A DNA stretch of 64,000 bases from Eledone cirrhosa. Lineage: Eukaryota. Both the position numbers and the translations under genes were made by a program. Shown here one piece after another: positions 13,179 through 29,224 of this stretch (positions are counted from its first letter, which is position 1; every line of letters begins with the position of its first letter). Under the pieces are notes generated by a model. That model made no database searches. It was not told the origin of the DNA and worked only from the letters and a program-made list of their open reading frames with translations. The DNA is taken from assembly GCA_964016885.1 (NCBI GenBank), contig OZ024756.1, positions 8,618,001 to 8,682,000 of the forward strand. The letters are read 5' to 3'.

Positions 13179-16100
13179 TCACACACACATACATGTGTTA
13201 TAGACACACACACACATACATGTGTTAGAGATACAGTCACACACACATACATGTGTTATAGATAGTGACACACATACATGTGGTAGAGATACAGTCACAC
13301 ACACATGTAGAGATAGTCTCACACACATATACATATGGTAGAGATACAGACACACACACATACATGTGTTAGAGATACAGTCACACACATACATGTGGTA
13401 GAGATACAGACACACACACATACATGTGGTAGAGATACAGTCACACACATACATGTGGGAGAGATACAGACACACACACATACATGTGGTAGAGATACAG
13501 TCACACACATACATGTGGTAGAGATATAGTCACACACACATACATGTGTTAGAGATAGTCACACACACGTACATGTGGTAGAGATACAGTCACACACACA
13601 TACATGTGGAAGAGATACAGACGCACACACATACATGTGGTAGAGATACAGTCACACACACATACATGTGGTAGAGATAGTCACACACACGTACATGTGG
13701 TAGAGATACAGACACACACACATACATGTGTTAGAGATACAGTCACACACACATACATGTTGTAGAGATACAGTCACACACACATACATGTGGTAGAGAT
13801 ACAGTCACACAAACATACGTGTGTTAGAGATACAGTCATACAGACATACATGTGGGAGAGATACAGTCATACAGACATACATGTGGGAGAGATACAGTCA
13901 CAGACATAGAAGTGTTAGAGATACAGTCACACACATACATGTGGTAGAGATACAGTCACACACACATACACGTGGTAGAGATACAGACACACACACATAC
14001 ATGTGGTAGAGATACAGTCACACACACATACATGTGTTAGAGATACAGTCACACACATACATGTGGTAGAGATACAGACACACACACATACATGTGGTAG
14101 AGATACAGTCACACACACATACATGTGGTAGAGATACAGTCACACACACATGTGTTAGAGATACAGTCACACACATACATGTGGTAGAGATACAGACACA
14201 CACACATACACGTCGTAGAGATACAGACACACACATATACATGTGGTAAAGATACAGTCACACACACATACATGCGGTAGAGATACAGTCACACACACAT
14301 ACATGTGTTAGAGATACAGTCACGCAAACATACATGTGGGAGAGATACAGTCACACACACATACACGTGGTAGAGATACAGACACACACATACATGTGGT
14401 AGAGATACAGTCACACACACATACATGTGTTAGAGATACAGTCACACACACATACATGTGGTAGAGATACAGTCACACACACATGTGTTAGAGATACAGT
14501 CACACACATACATGTGGTAGAGATACAGACACACACACATACACGTCGTAGAGATACAGACACACACATATACATGTGGTAAAGATACAGTCACACACAC
14601 ATACATGTGTTAGAGATACAGTCACACACATACATGTGTTAGAGATACAGTCACACACATACATGTGGTAGAGATACAGTCACACACACATACATGTGTT
14701 AGAGATACAGTCACACACATACATGTGGTAGAGATACAGTCACACACATACATGTGGTAGAGACACAGTCACACACACATACATGTGTTAGAGATACAGA
14801 CACACAGACATACATGTGGTAGAGATACAGACACACACATACATGTGTTAGAGATACAGTCACACACATACATGTGTTAGAGATACAGTCACACACATAC
14901 ATGTAGTAGAGATACAGACACACAGACATACATGTGGTAGAGATACAGACACACACATATACATGTGTTAGAGATACAGTCACACACACATACATGTGGT
15001 AGAGATACAGTCACACAGACATACATGCGGTAGAGATACAGTCACACACACATACATGTGTTAGAGATACAGACACACACACATACATGTGGTAGAGATA
15101 CAGTCACATGCATACACATCGTAGAGATACTGACACACACACATACATGTGGTAGAGATACAGTCACACACATACATGTGGGAGAGATACAGACACACAC
15201 ACATACATGTGGTAGAGATACAGTCACACACATACATGTGGTAGAGATACAGACACACACATACATGTGTTAGCGATACAGTCACACACATACATGTGGT
15301 AGAGATACAGACACACACATACATGTGTTAGAGATACAGTCACACACACATACATGTGGTAGAGATACAGTCACACACACATACATGTGGTAGAGATACA
15401 GACACACACATACATGTGTTAGAGATACAGTCACACACACATACATGTGTTAGAGATACAGACACACAGACATACATGTGGTAGAGATACAGACACACAC
15501 ATACATGTGTTAGAGATACAGTCACACACACATAATGTGTTAGAGATACAGTCACACACATGCATGTAGTAGAGATACAGACACACAGACATACATGTGG
15601 TAGAGATACAGACACACACATATACATGTGTTAGAGATACAGACACACACATACATGTGGTAGAGATACAGTCACATGCATACACATCGTAGAGATACTG
15701 ACACACACACATACATGTGGTAGAGATACAGTCACACACACATACATGTGGTAGAGATACAGTCACACAGACATACGTGTGTTAGAGATACAGACACACA
15801 CATACATGTGTTAGAGATACAGTCACACACACATACATGCGGTAGAGATACAGTCACATGCATACATGTGGTAGAGATACAGACACACACATATACATGT
15901 GGTAGAGATACAGTCACACACACATACATGTGGTAGAGATACAGTCACACACATACATGTGTTAGAGATACAGTCACACACACATACATGCGGTAGAGAT
16001 AGTCACATGCATACATGTGGTAGAGATACAGACACACACATATACATGTGGTAGAGATACAGTCACACACACATACATGTGGTAGAGATACAGACACACA

Positions 16101-16406
16101 CATACATGTGTTAGAGATACAGTCACACACACATACATGCGGTAGAGATACAGTCACATGCATACATGTGGTAGAGATACAGACACACACACGTACATGT
16201 GGTAGAGATAGTCACACACACATACATGTGGTAGAGATACAGACACACATACGTACATGTGGTAGAGATACAGTCACACACACATACATGTGGTAGAGAT
16301 ACAGTCACACACATACATGTGTTAGAGATACAGTCACACACATACATGTGGTAGAGATACAGACACACACTTACATGTGTTAGAGATACAGACACACACA
16401 CATACA
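13179..16406. repeat. Satellite, about 29-31 bp unit TAGAGATACAGTCA(CA)nTACATGTG(G/T)
   Basis: Roughly 100 tandem units; length varies in the CA tract. Confidence 0.95.
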
Positions 16407-16909
16407 TACTGATACAGGTAGTTGTTCCATGGAGGTTCTAAAGGATGCAGTGTCTCGACAGCTAACTGATACAGATAGTTGTTCCATGGAGGTTCTAAAG
16501 GATGCAGTGTCTCGACAGCTAACTGATACAGATAGTTGTTCCATGGAGGTTCTAAAGGATGCAGTGTCTCGACAGCTAACTGATACAGATAGTTGTTCCA
16601 TGGAGGTTCTAAAGGATGCAGTGTCTCGACAGCTAACTGATACAGATAGTTGTTCCATGGAGGTTCTAAAGGATGCAGTGTCTCGACAGCTAACTGATAC
16701 AGGTAGTTGTTCCATGGAGGTTCTAAAGGATGCAGTGTCTCGACAGCTAACTGATACAGATAGTTGTTCCATGGAGGTTCTAAAGGATGCAGTGTCTCGA
16801 CAGCTAACTGATACAGATAGTTTGTTCCATGGAGGTTCTAAAGGATGCAGTGTCTCGACAGCTAACTGATACAGGTAGTTGTTCCATGCTTCAACAACTC
16901 TGAGCGTTA
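16407..16909 (-). repeat. 57-bp minisatellite (about 8 copies) derived from the CR1 ORF2 C-terminus
   Basis: Unit reverse complement CATGGAACAACTATCTGTATCAGTTAGCTGTCGAGACACTGCATCCTTTAGAACCTC matches CR1 at about 32749-32812 and 39190-39252. Confidence 0.9.
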
Positions 16910-17039
16910 GACAATGGGATTGACAGAGCAGTTTAAATAAATGAGGGTTTAGGGTATTAAACTGTATTTTCATTTGTTCAAAGGTATTATTTACACTTAA
17001 GTATATGTAAAGTATTGAGAAAAGTATTAGTGTATTTAA

Positions 17040-18605
17040 AAGGAGAGATCTGAGTAATATTGATCTGTGTAATATTGATCTGTGACAAATATTAAAGGGA
17101 GGGATCTGTGTAATACTGATATGTAACAAATATTAAAGGGAGAGATCTGTGTAATATTGATCTGTGACAAATATTAAAGGGAGTGATCTGTGTAATACTG
17201 ATCTGTGACAAATATTAAAGGGAGGGATCTGTGTAATACTGATCTGTGACAAATATTAAAGGGAGGGATCTATGTAATACTGATCTGTGACAAATATTAA
17301 AGGGAGAGATCTGTGTAATATTGATCTGTGACAAATATTAAAGGGAGGGATCTGTGTAATACTGATCTGTGACAAATATTAAAGGGAGTGATCTGTGTAA
17401 TATTGATCTGTGACAAATATTAAAGGGAGGGATCTGTGTAATACTGATCTGTGACAAATATTAAAGGGAGTGATCTGTGTAATATTGATCTGTGACAAAT
17501 ATTAAAGGGAGGGATCTGTGTAATACTGATCTGTGACAAATATTAAAGGGAGTGATCTGTGTAATATTGATCTGTGACAAATATTAAAGGGAGGGATCAG
17601 TGTAATACTGATATGTAACAAATATTAAAGGGAGGGATCTGTGTAATATTGATCTGTGACAAATATTAAAGGGAGGGATCTGTGTAATATTGATCTGTGA
17701 CAAATATTAAAGGGAGTGGTCTGTGTAATATTGATCTTTGACAAATATTAAAGGGAGGGATCTGTGTAATACTGATCTGTGACAAATATTAAAGGGAGTG
17801 GTCTGTGTAATATTGATCTGTGACAAATATTAAAGGGAGGGATCAGTGTAATACTGATATGTAACAAATATTAAAGGGAGGGATCAGTGTAATACTGATA
17901 TGTAACAAATATTAAAGGGAGGGATCTGTGTAATATTGATCTGTGACAAATATTAAAGGGAGGGATCTGTGTAATATTGATCTGTGACAAATATTAAAGG
18001 GAGGGATCTGTATAATACTGATCTGTGACAAATATTAAAGGGAGTGGTCTGTGTAATATTGATCTGTGACAAATATTAAAGGGAGGGATCAGTGTAATAC
18101 TGATATGTAACAAATATTAAAGGGAGGGATCAGTGTAATACTGATATGTAACAAATATTAAAGGGAGTGATCTGTGTAATATTGATCTGTGACAAATATT
18201 AAAGGGAGTGATCTGTGTAATATTGATCTGTGACAAATATTAAAGGGAGGGATCTGTGTAATACTGATCTGTGACAAATATTAAAGGGAGGGATCTGTGT
18301 AATATTGATCTGTGACAAATATTAAAGGGAGTGATCTGTGTAATATTGATCTGTGACAAATATTAAAGGGAGGGATCAGTGTAATATTGATCTGTGACAG
18401 ATATTAAAGGGAGGGATCAGTGTAATACTGATATGTAACAAATATTAAAGGGAGGGATCTGTGTAATATTGATCTGTGACAAATATTAAAGGGAGGGATC
18501 TGTGTAATACTGATCTGTGACAAATATTAAAGGGAGTGGTCTGTGTAATACTGATATGTAACAAATATTAAAGGGAGTGGTCTGTGTAATACTGATCTGT
18601 GACAC
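17040..18605. repeat. 41-bp satellite GATCTGTGACAAATATTAAAGGGAGGGATCTGTGTAATA(C/T)T
   Basis: About 38 tandem units, period 41. Confidence 0.95.
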
Positions 18606-18950
18606 ATTAAAACCATATTAAAATATTTGACAAGTCATACTATGAGGTATCCCTCTGTGATCATGTAGTTCCCAGCATTGTATTTCTACCTATGGAGGTC
18701 TAATAATCTATATAAATGGTTTAATGATCCAGCCACCATAGTGTTCTCACCCATGATAGAGACAGATCATACATCTGAAGGAGTTTCTTTTTCACTCTCC
18801 TGCTATACCTTATCTGACTTTAATAGAAAGAGCTCCTAGTCAAGGTAGCGCCCGCTTTCAAGTGGCCCCCATGGTACATGCCATGGGTGCCATACCATAG
18901 ATACGCTTCTGGTCCCACTCACACATGAACATTTGTTAGAGAGATACAGA

Positions 18951-18987
<37 letters not shown>

Positions 18988-19035
18988 CGTTTTATATATA
19001 TATACGCTTTATATATATATATATATACGTTTTAT

Positions 19036-19216
19036 ATATGGTTTTATAAATATAGTTTCCATTAACAAATGGAAACTATATTTATAAAACCATATTTCAA
19101 GGACACCAAGTTAAATTATGGTGTGCTTTCATCAGATAAAATATAATATAGATCAGTTTTATAAATTAATATTGACATACCATTAAATAATGCAACCATT
19201 ACTGTTGGAAGCTCCT
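19036..19216 (-). mobile_element. Penelope-like terminal fragment with deleted hammerhead
   Basis: Inverted copy of about 26546-26717; CTGATGA-stemII-GAAA present but cleavage site/stem I removed; left end folded back as a hairpin. Confidence 0.7.
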
Positions 19217-19289
19217 GGATAGTATATATATATATATATACATGTGTTAGAGAGATACAGACTATACACACACATATATATATATATAT

Positions 19290-19497
19290 ATTAGAAAATA
19301 TATAGCTTTCACCGTATTTTTGACTAAAGGAATTTTTTAGCTTGATAACGGGGTTTAGAACCCTCAGATAAATGGAAAAAGATGAGTATTGACGTCAGTA
19401 CTCATCTTTTTCCATTTATCTGAGGGTTCTAAACCCCATTATCAAGCTAAAAAATTCCTTTAGTCAAAAATACGGTGAAAGCTATATATTTTCTAAT
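19290..19497. repeat. 208-bp spacerless palindrome centred on TGACGTCA
   Basis: Arms pair about 19393/19394 with two mismatches seen. Confidence 0.95.
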
Positions 19498-19560
19498 TTC
19501 AAACTCGCTCACTGTTTCAAAACATACTTACTTGATATATATATATATATATATATATAT

Positions 19561-22980
<3,420 letters not shown>

Positions 22981-24337
22981 CGGCTGTATCGGCGATGTTA
23001 CTCCCCATTACACCTTATCGGACATAACGTTTGGCGCCCCTGATGTCTTGGCGGCAATAAAGGAAATCAAACATAATTCAGCAGTAGGTCCCGATAGGTT
23101 CCCTGCTTGTGTCTTGAAGGCGTGTCAACACCAACTTGCTTCTCCTCTTGCCAATCTGTGGCGGAACTCACTGGATGCTGGATATGTGCCAGAAAACCTT
23201 CTATCCCAGTCTGTTGTCCCAGTTTTCAAAAAGGGAAACAAATCCCTTGCCGTGAATTACCGTCCAATCTCACTCACCTCTCATATCATTAAGGTATTTG
23301 AGCGAGTGGTGAGATCGCGAATGACCCACTTCCTTGAGAGTAACAATATGCTGAACTCCAACCAGCATGGATTCCGTAATGGAAGGGATTGCCTGACGCA
23401 ACTACTGCATCACTTTGATGACATTTTGAGAGCCTTGGGAGAGGGTTCCAACACTGATGTTATCTACCTTGATTTCAGCAAGGCCTTTGACAGGGTTGAT
23501 CATAACATTCTACTGAGAAAGCTGTCCAATATTGGTGTCACTGGAAAGCTGCTGCAGTGGATCAAGAGCTTCCTGTCAAACAGAACCCAACATGTTGTAG
23601 TTGAGGGAGTCAAATCAAGCCCAGCCAAAGTCAGTAGTGGAGTCCCACAAGGCACTGTGTTGGGCCCACTTCTCTTCATCATCTATATTAATGACATCAC
23701 TGACATCATCAAACACAGCAACATTAAAATTTTCGCTGATGATTCCAAGCTCCAAAAGGTCATCAATGGCGTGGATGACCGGATAAGCCTTCAGTCAGAC
23801 CTACTGGCTGTTACCCAATGGGCAGAAAAGAACAACATGTTACTGAACGAAGACAAATTCGAACTGATCCACTTTGGAAAAGAGGATGCTCTGAAACTCC
23901 CGTACTCCCTTCCCTCCGGGGAAACTCTCGTGGCATCTAACAACATCAGAGACTTGGGAGTAACCGTGGACAGCAACATAAGCTGGACCACGCATATAAG
24001 CAGCAAAGTTGACATGGCCCGCAGAATGTGTTCCTGGATCCTCAGAACCTTCCAGTCGAGAGATTCCCGCACCATTATCCTTCTCTTCTCTACTTTCGCC
24101 CGACCACACCTTGAATACTGTTGTCCACTGTGGTCTCCCCACACGAAACAAAGTATCATGAAACTTGAAGCTCCTCAAAGGGCAATCACGAAAAAGATAG
24201 ATGGCATGTCAGACCTTGACTACTGGGGTCGATTGGAAAACCTGAAACTTTACTCACTCCAACGTCGCCGTGAGCGTTATATTATCTGCATGATGTGGAA
24301 AATGTTCCATCATCACTGCCCAAATGATGTTGGCATC
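22981..24337 (+). mobile_element. CR1-group LINE RT fragment, open frame, truncated at both ends
   Basis: [56 protein letters not shown]. Confidence 0.92.
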
Positions 24338-24462
24338 AGAGCATTTATTCCAATTTCTAATTTCTGCCGGACCGGCAACCGCTCTTTCAAACCAGTTCCT
24401 GTACACAGCTAAGTATTCTATAAGTCTCTAGCTGTGTCATTCTCGATAAAAGCACTGGATAT

Positions 24463-24505
24463 GTAGTCCTGAAGATTTCTAATAAGAATGAAACGCGTAG
24501 ATTAC
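24463..24505 (+). ncRNA. Minimal type I hammerhead ribozyme motif (Penelope type)
   Basis: GTAGTC-CTGAAGA-t TTCT aata AGAA t-GAAA-CGCG-TA-GATTAC: 6-bp stem I, palindromic helix III; T.T at the base of stem II. Confidence 0.8.
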
Positions 24506-24733
24506 TTCCCTTGCTTTTATTGAGAATCTAATTATAATACGTGACGTATTCTATTCTATAGCGATTAGGTCTTCAAAATGTTTATTATAAACATACAGAA
24601 TATTTTCGAATATTCTATGTCTATATTCACATATATATATATATATATACATATACACATATATATATATATATACACACATATACATATATATATACAC
24701 ACACATATACATATATATATACACACATATACA

Positions 24734-24785
<52 letters not shown>

Positions 24786-24861
24786 CACATAGTTTTGCGA
24801 GGTTTTTGTTATTAATTCTGGCAATATTATTGCACAAATATGACCCTCCCCAAGTATAACA

Positions 24862-24908
<47 letters not shown>

Positions 24909-24919
24909 ATGAAAAATTG

Positions 24920-26462
24920 AACAGGGACAGAACAGAGAGGCAGTACGATAAATGTTTATTAAATTCACGCTCAGGAGAGTGGGGGGTAGGTGGAGGACGA
25001 CGTTTCGGGCATAAGCCCTTCTTCAGGTGAGAGTTCAAAAGGTGTGTAGGGGAGTGGTGGAGAGACATATAGCGAAAGGAAACGGTGCGAATGAAAAATT
25101 AACAAATAAAGACAAAAATATAATAAATAATAAATAAAAATAAAGCATGATCAAAATACAAGGAATGAGAACATTTAAAAATAAAGGCATGATCAAAATA
25201 AACTGAAATTAAAAGGGGGGTAAACAGGTGGTGGAAGGGTGGGGTGAGTAGAGGTGGTGGCGGGTGGAGTGGGGAGAGGGAGACGGGGTGTCCGAGCGGG
25301 GAGGGCTGAAGGTGGTGTGTGTGGTTAGGTGTGCGTGTGTGTGTGTGTGTGTGTGTGTATGTGAAAGTGAGGGTTGGGGGAAGAACGGGGTTGCATGTTC
25401 AGGAAGGTGTGTGTGTGGGGTGTTTTTGTGGGTCGGAGGGTCTGTGCGTGTGTGGATAGGGGGGTGGGGGGAGAGGAATCAGGGGGCTGAGGGTGTAAAT
25501 ATGTGGTGGGAAGCACGTGTGTGTGGTTTAAGCGTGTTGTGGGTGTGGGTGGCGTGTGGATAAAAAAAATGTTTTTGGGGTGTGTGTGTGGGTGAGTTAT
25601 ATAGGTGATGGTGTTAGAGGATGGTTGAAAAGTGGTAAGTTACACGGATGTATGGAGATTTTGGTTGGAAGTCAATAACGCATGTGGGTAATCCAAGAAG
25701 CGGTGGTCGGAAGAGGAGAGATGTGGGGTGCGCGCGCAACAGGAAGTGGTCAGCAGTGGAAGTGCTGTGGTCAGTTGGTGCTGAGACAGTGGTCGGAATG
25801 GTAGGGAGGCGAGGATGGGTAGGTGTGAGAGTTGGAGTGAGGAGGGTGTGTGTGTGTGTGTGTGTGTGTATTACTGGGGTGTTAGTGGGATGAGTGAGTG
25901 TGGAGCGGGGAGAGAAGGGTGTGTGTGGTTCTATGGAGGGAGTGTGGTGTACTGGTGTGTGTGTGTAGTTTGGTGAAGAGGTGTTAGTGGGTGTAAGTAT
26001 ACGGGAGGTGGAGAGGGGTGGAATGCAGGTGTGAGTGGGGGTTAGTGGGGGTAGGGTGTGTAGAGTTGGTGGTGTATGAGGGTGTGTGGGTACGTGTGCG
26101 TGGGGTTGGAAGGTGTTAGTGATGTTAGTTGCGTGTGGGGTGGGTGGTGTAAGTGGGTGCATGTGTGCGTGTGATGAGGGGGGAGGAGGAGAAGAGGGGA
26201 GGGAAGGGATGTTAGTATGTTAGTTGGGGAAGGGTGGTCAGATGAGGGGTGGAGTGGAGGTGTTAGTATTGTTAGTGTGGGGTGGGCGGTGAAAAGGAGG
26301 GGTGTGTTAGTGGTGTTAGTGGGGGATAAGTGTGGGGGGAGGGGGGCGGTCGAACGCTAAAGGAATAAGGGTGGGGAGTTCAGGCCGGGGGGAGTGTGGG
26401 TCTGTAAGATGAAGATAGTACGTTGTTCGACCGTAAGGCGATGGGCGGGTGTTCTGTGGCAC
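24920..26462 (-). mobile_element. Degenerate Penelope-like element remnant (low complexity, CA-rich)
   Basis: HFLLRAHPTSLL...IRVTYHF resembles PLE FxxRGYP...VTYHP; ends in a hammerhead core followed by AATAAA. Confidence 0.55.
24997..25028 (-). ncRNA. Hammerhead core with weak stem I
   Basis: CTGAAGA-A-GGGC ttat GCCC-GAAA-CG-TC; only about 2 bp of stem I. Confidence 0.6.
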
Positions 26463-26522
<60 letters not shown>

Positions 26523-26618
26523 CACATATATATATATACATATACGGGAGCTTCCAACAGAAATGGTCGCATTCTTTAAGGGTATGTCAATATTTATTTA
26601 TAAAACTGATCTATATTA

Positions 26619-26683
26619 TATTTTATCTGATGAAAGCACACCATAATTTAACTTGGTGTCCTTGAAATATGTATAATGAAATA
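26619..26683 (+). ncRNA. Type I hammerhead ribozyme motif (Penelope type)
   Basis: TATTTTAT-CTGATGA-AAGcACACCA...TGGTGTcCTT-GAAA-TATGTA-TA-ATGAAATA; 8-bp stem I with one GU pair. Confidence 0.78.
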
Positions 26684-26810
26684 AATATGGTTTTATAAAT
26701 ATAGTTTCCATTTGTTAATATATCGTATTTTTACTCCAATAATTTGTTGAGTGCTTTATATCAGTTATAAAAATATTTGCTTGTTATATCCCAACAATTT
26801 AAATAGAACT

Positions 26811-26879
<69 letters not shown>

Positions 26880-26944
26880 GTGTAAGAGAGGTACAACTAT
26901 ACACACACATATATACATGTGTTAGAGGAAATTTGGATACATAC

Positions 26945-27043
26945 TGCGGCTGTTACACATTTACAAAGTGAATTGAACTCTTTCAAGCAGTCGTCTTTTT
27001 TCAGATTATTTTTACTTGCAACACATTTTGCATACGCCAGGGC
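26945..27043 (-). CDS. NDUFAF8: NDUFAF8-like exon 2 (ALAYAKCVASKNNLKKDDCLKEFNSLCKCVTAA)
   Basis: Pyrimidine-rich acceptor ...TTTCATCCTGTAG, donor GTATGT, phase 0/0; completes twin CX9C; AxAYxxC...C..EF..L..C..AA pattern of NDUFAF8. Confidence 0.88.
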
Positions 27044-27118
27044 CTACAGGATGAAATAGAAAAAAAGGAAGCTTTAGCAGTTAGTTTTTCACTGAATTTT
27101 TTTCAGAATTTAGCTTAA

Positions 27119-27680
27119 CCTTTTAACATTTAAACCAGCCATATCCAGTCGGAATTCTCTCATCTCTTTCTGTTCAAACTAGCCACTCATACTGATATTA
27201 AGGTATTGTTCTCAAAATAAATAATATCAAAATCTCATAGATTCGATATTATGTGAGGGAAAGACTTTACTGTGATAATACAATAGTATATATAGAGTAA
27301 TGTAAATGTTATGTGAGGTATTATGTGAGGTAAAGACTTTACTGTGAAAATATAATAGTATATATAGAGTAATGTAAATGTTATGTGAGATATTATGTAA
27401 GGTAAAGCCTTTACTGTGAAAATATAATAGTATATATAGAGTAATGTAAATGTTATGTGAGATATTATGTGAGGTAAAGACTTTACTGTGAAAATACAAT
27501 AGTATATATAGAGTAATGTAAATGTTATGTGAGATATTATGTGAGGTAAAGCCTTTACTGTGAAAATATAATAGTATATATAGAGTAATGTAAATGTTAT
27601 GTGAGATATTATGTGAGGTAAAGCCTTTACTGTGAAAATACAATAGTATATATAGAGTAATGTAAATGTTATGTGAGATA
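27119..27680 (+). mobile_element. piggyBac-type MITE with about 6 x 72-bp internal minisatellite
   Basis: Left end TTAA-CCTTTTAACATTTA; tandem 72-bp units. Confidence 0.75.
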
Positions 27681-28068
27681 TATAGCTGGTGCTCTTACTG
27701 GTGTTTGCTCTATAGCAAGAATTCCTTCTTCCTTCTTCACTTTGCATTTTTCTGCAGAGACTCAGGCTGACTGTTGGTCACATAATCTGCACTAACACTA
27801 GGAAGGAGACTGAGGGGATTGGATTTGCAATTGTGAGTTTGTGAGGTCAATTCCTTGACTGGGTGAGGCGTTATGTCCTTGAGCAAGACATTTCATTTCA
27901 CGTTGCTAAGAGTTGTAACCGGTAGATATCAGCAATGGAAAGAGCACTGGAACCTTTCTTTCCTTGGTCCGATTTGTCAAGTTCCACCGCACTTGGTAAG
28001 CGAATGAGGTCTGGGATCTTGTCAATTGTTTCAAAAAAATGACCCTCAAATCCTTTGGCCAACACAGC

Positions 28069-28112
28069 CTGGTCAATGTTAAGCATTCTAAAGAATGCTT
28101 AACATTGACCAG
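28069..28112. repeat. Perfect 21-bp inverted repeat, 2-nt loop
   Basis: CTGGTCAATGTTAAGCATTCT-AA-AGAATGCTTAACATTGACCAG. Confidence 0.9.
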
Positions 28113-28785
28113 ACATTCGAATTTCTCACGGATGAAATAATTAGGTATAAATAATCTTAAGATTCAATAAATAGATTTTAAGCAGAACAAATCCTTGGTA
28201 GGTTTCAAATATTGAATTTATTTACAGAGAAACGGAAATTACAAATTTTGGCACTGGTTAGGTTATAACTTTTTTTTTTTTTTTTTTTTTTTATAAAATA
28301 AATTTTTATAATTACACCCGTCCCGCTTTGGAGGTGAAAATTATGTTTTTCCAGAAGTTTTTTATGTGATTTGAAATAATTTGACCTTCAAAACCACCGG
28401 AAATCATTAGTTTTTTAGTTACTTGGATTGGTAGATTTGGAGGTGAATATTACACCGGTTACGCTTTGAAGGTGAAATTTGTCTTCCCGGTGCTTTTTTG
28501 GTGTTTTGAACGTTATGACCGTCAAATCAACAGGAAATTATTTTATTTTTATTTTTCATTTCTGGGGAAGAAGTGGGCGAAAAATAATATATAAAAATAA
28601 AATATAACCTACGTTAACCCATCTTAACTATTTCTTTTAAAATCTTACATAACTTGTTAGCGTGACATCTATACAAAACAAATCCAATGTGAAAAATGCA
28701 CTTTTAGTACACATGGAGTATTTTATTTTAAAATATACATTTGTACATATAACAAGCTTTATCTTTAAATACAACTATATTTTTC

Positions 28786-29147
28786 CTCCGAACGGTCTTT
28801 GGAGTAATGTTACTCGATAAAGTGTGTAGCTCGGAGATGACAGAGTCACTCCAGGTAGAGCCCACTACTCTGAATTGAGAGATCACAGCTCCGATACTAT
28901 GGACATGTGGTTAGAATGTCTCAGGAAAGAACCACTGGACAGATTTTATGGGCAAAACCAACTGGCAAGAGAACCAGGGATAGACCCCCCGAGTAAGATA
29001 GTTGGATAACATCCATGAGCTTGGCTGGTCACGCTGGGGGGTCAGTTGGAGACGGTTACTTCTGACAGGACCCGCTGGAATGAGTTTTTGAGGACTCTGC
29101 TCCCACGACCTTCTCGGGAATAAATAGGTGAAGAAGAAGACGAAGAA
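28786..29147 (+). mobile_element. RTE-like LINE 3' fragment with (GAA)n tail
   Basis: QLRYYGHVVRM...KPTGKRTRDRP C-terminal motif. Confidence 0.7.
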
Positions 29148-29161
29148 CTATATTTTCTTAC

Positions 29162-29224
29162 CTCAGAATTACATCGTACAAAACCTTTTGAAAATCTTGC
29201 AACACGCCGTTCACCAGCCGTCAT
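29162..29224 (-). CDS. NDUFAF8: NDUFAF8-like exon 1 (MTAGERRVARFSKGFVRCNSE)
   Basis: ATG in ACAATG context, donor GAG|GTAAGA, phase 0; joins exon 2 to give C-NSEALAYAK-C. Confidence 0.85.

Noticed and set aside
13179-18605. CRISPR-like regular arrays and Cys/His-rich ORFs
   Set aside because: Units are contiguous tandem repeats without unique spacers; no cas genes; eukaryotic context
18751-18812. Possible extra minus-strand exon in NDUFAF8-like intron 2
   Set aside because: Weak acceptor, no similarity to the expected short C-terminus, and phase incompatible with the MKK* exon
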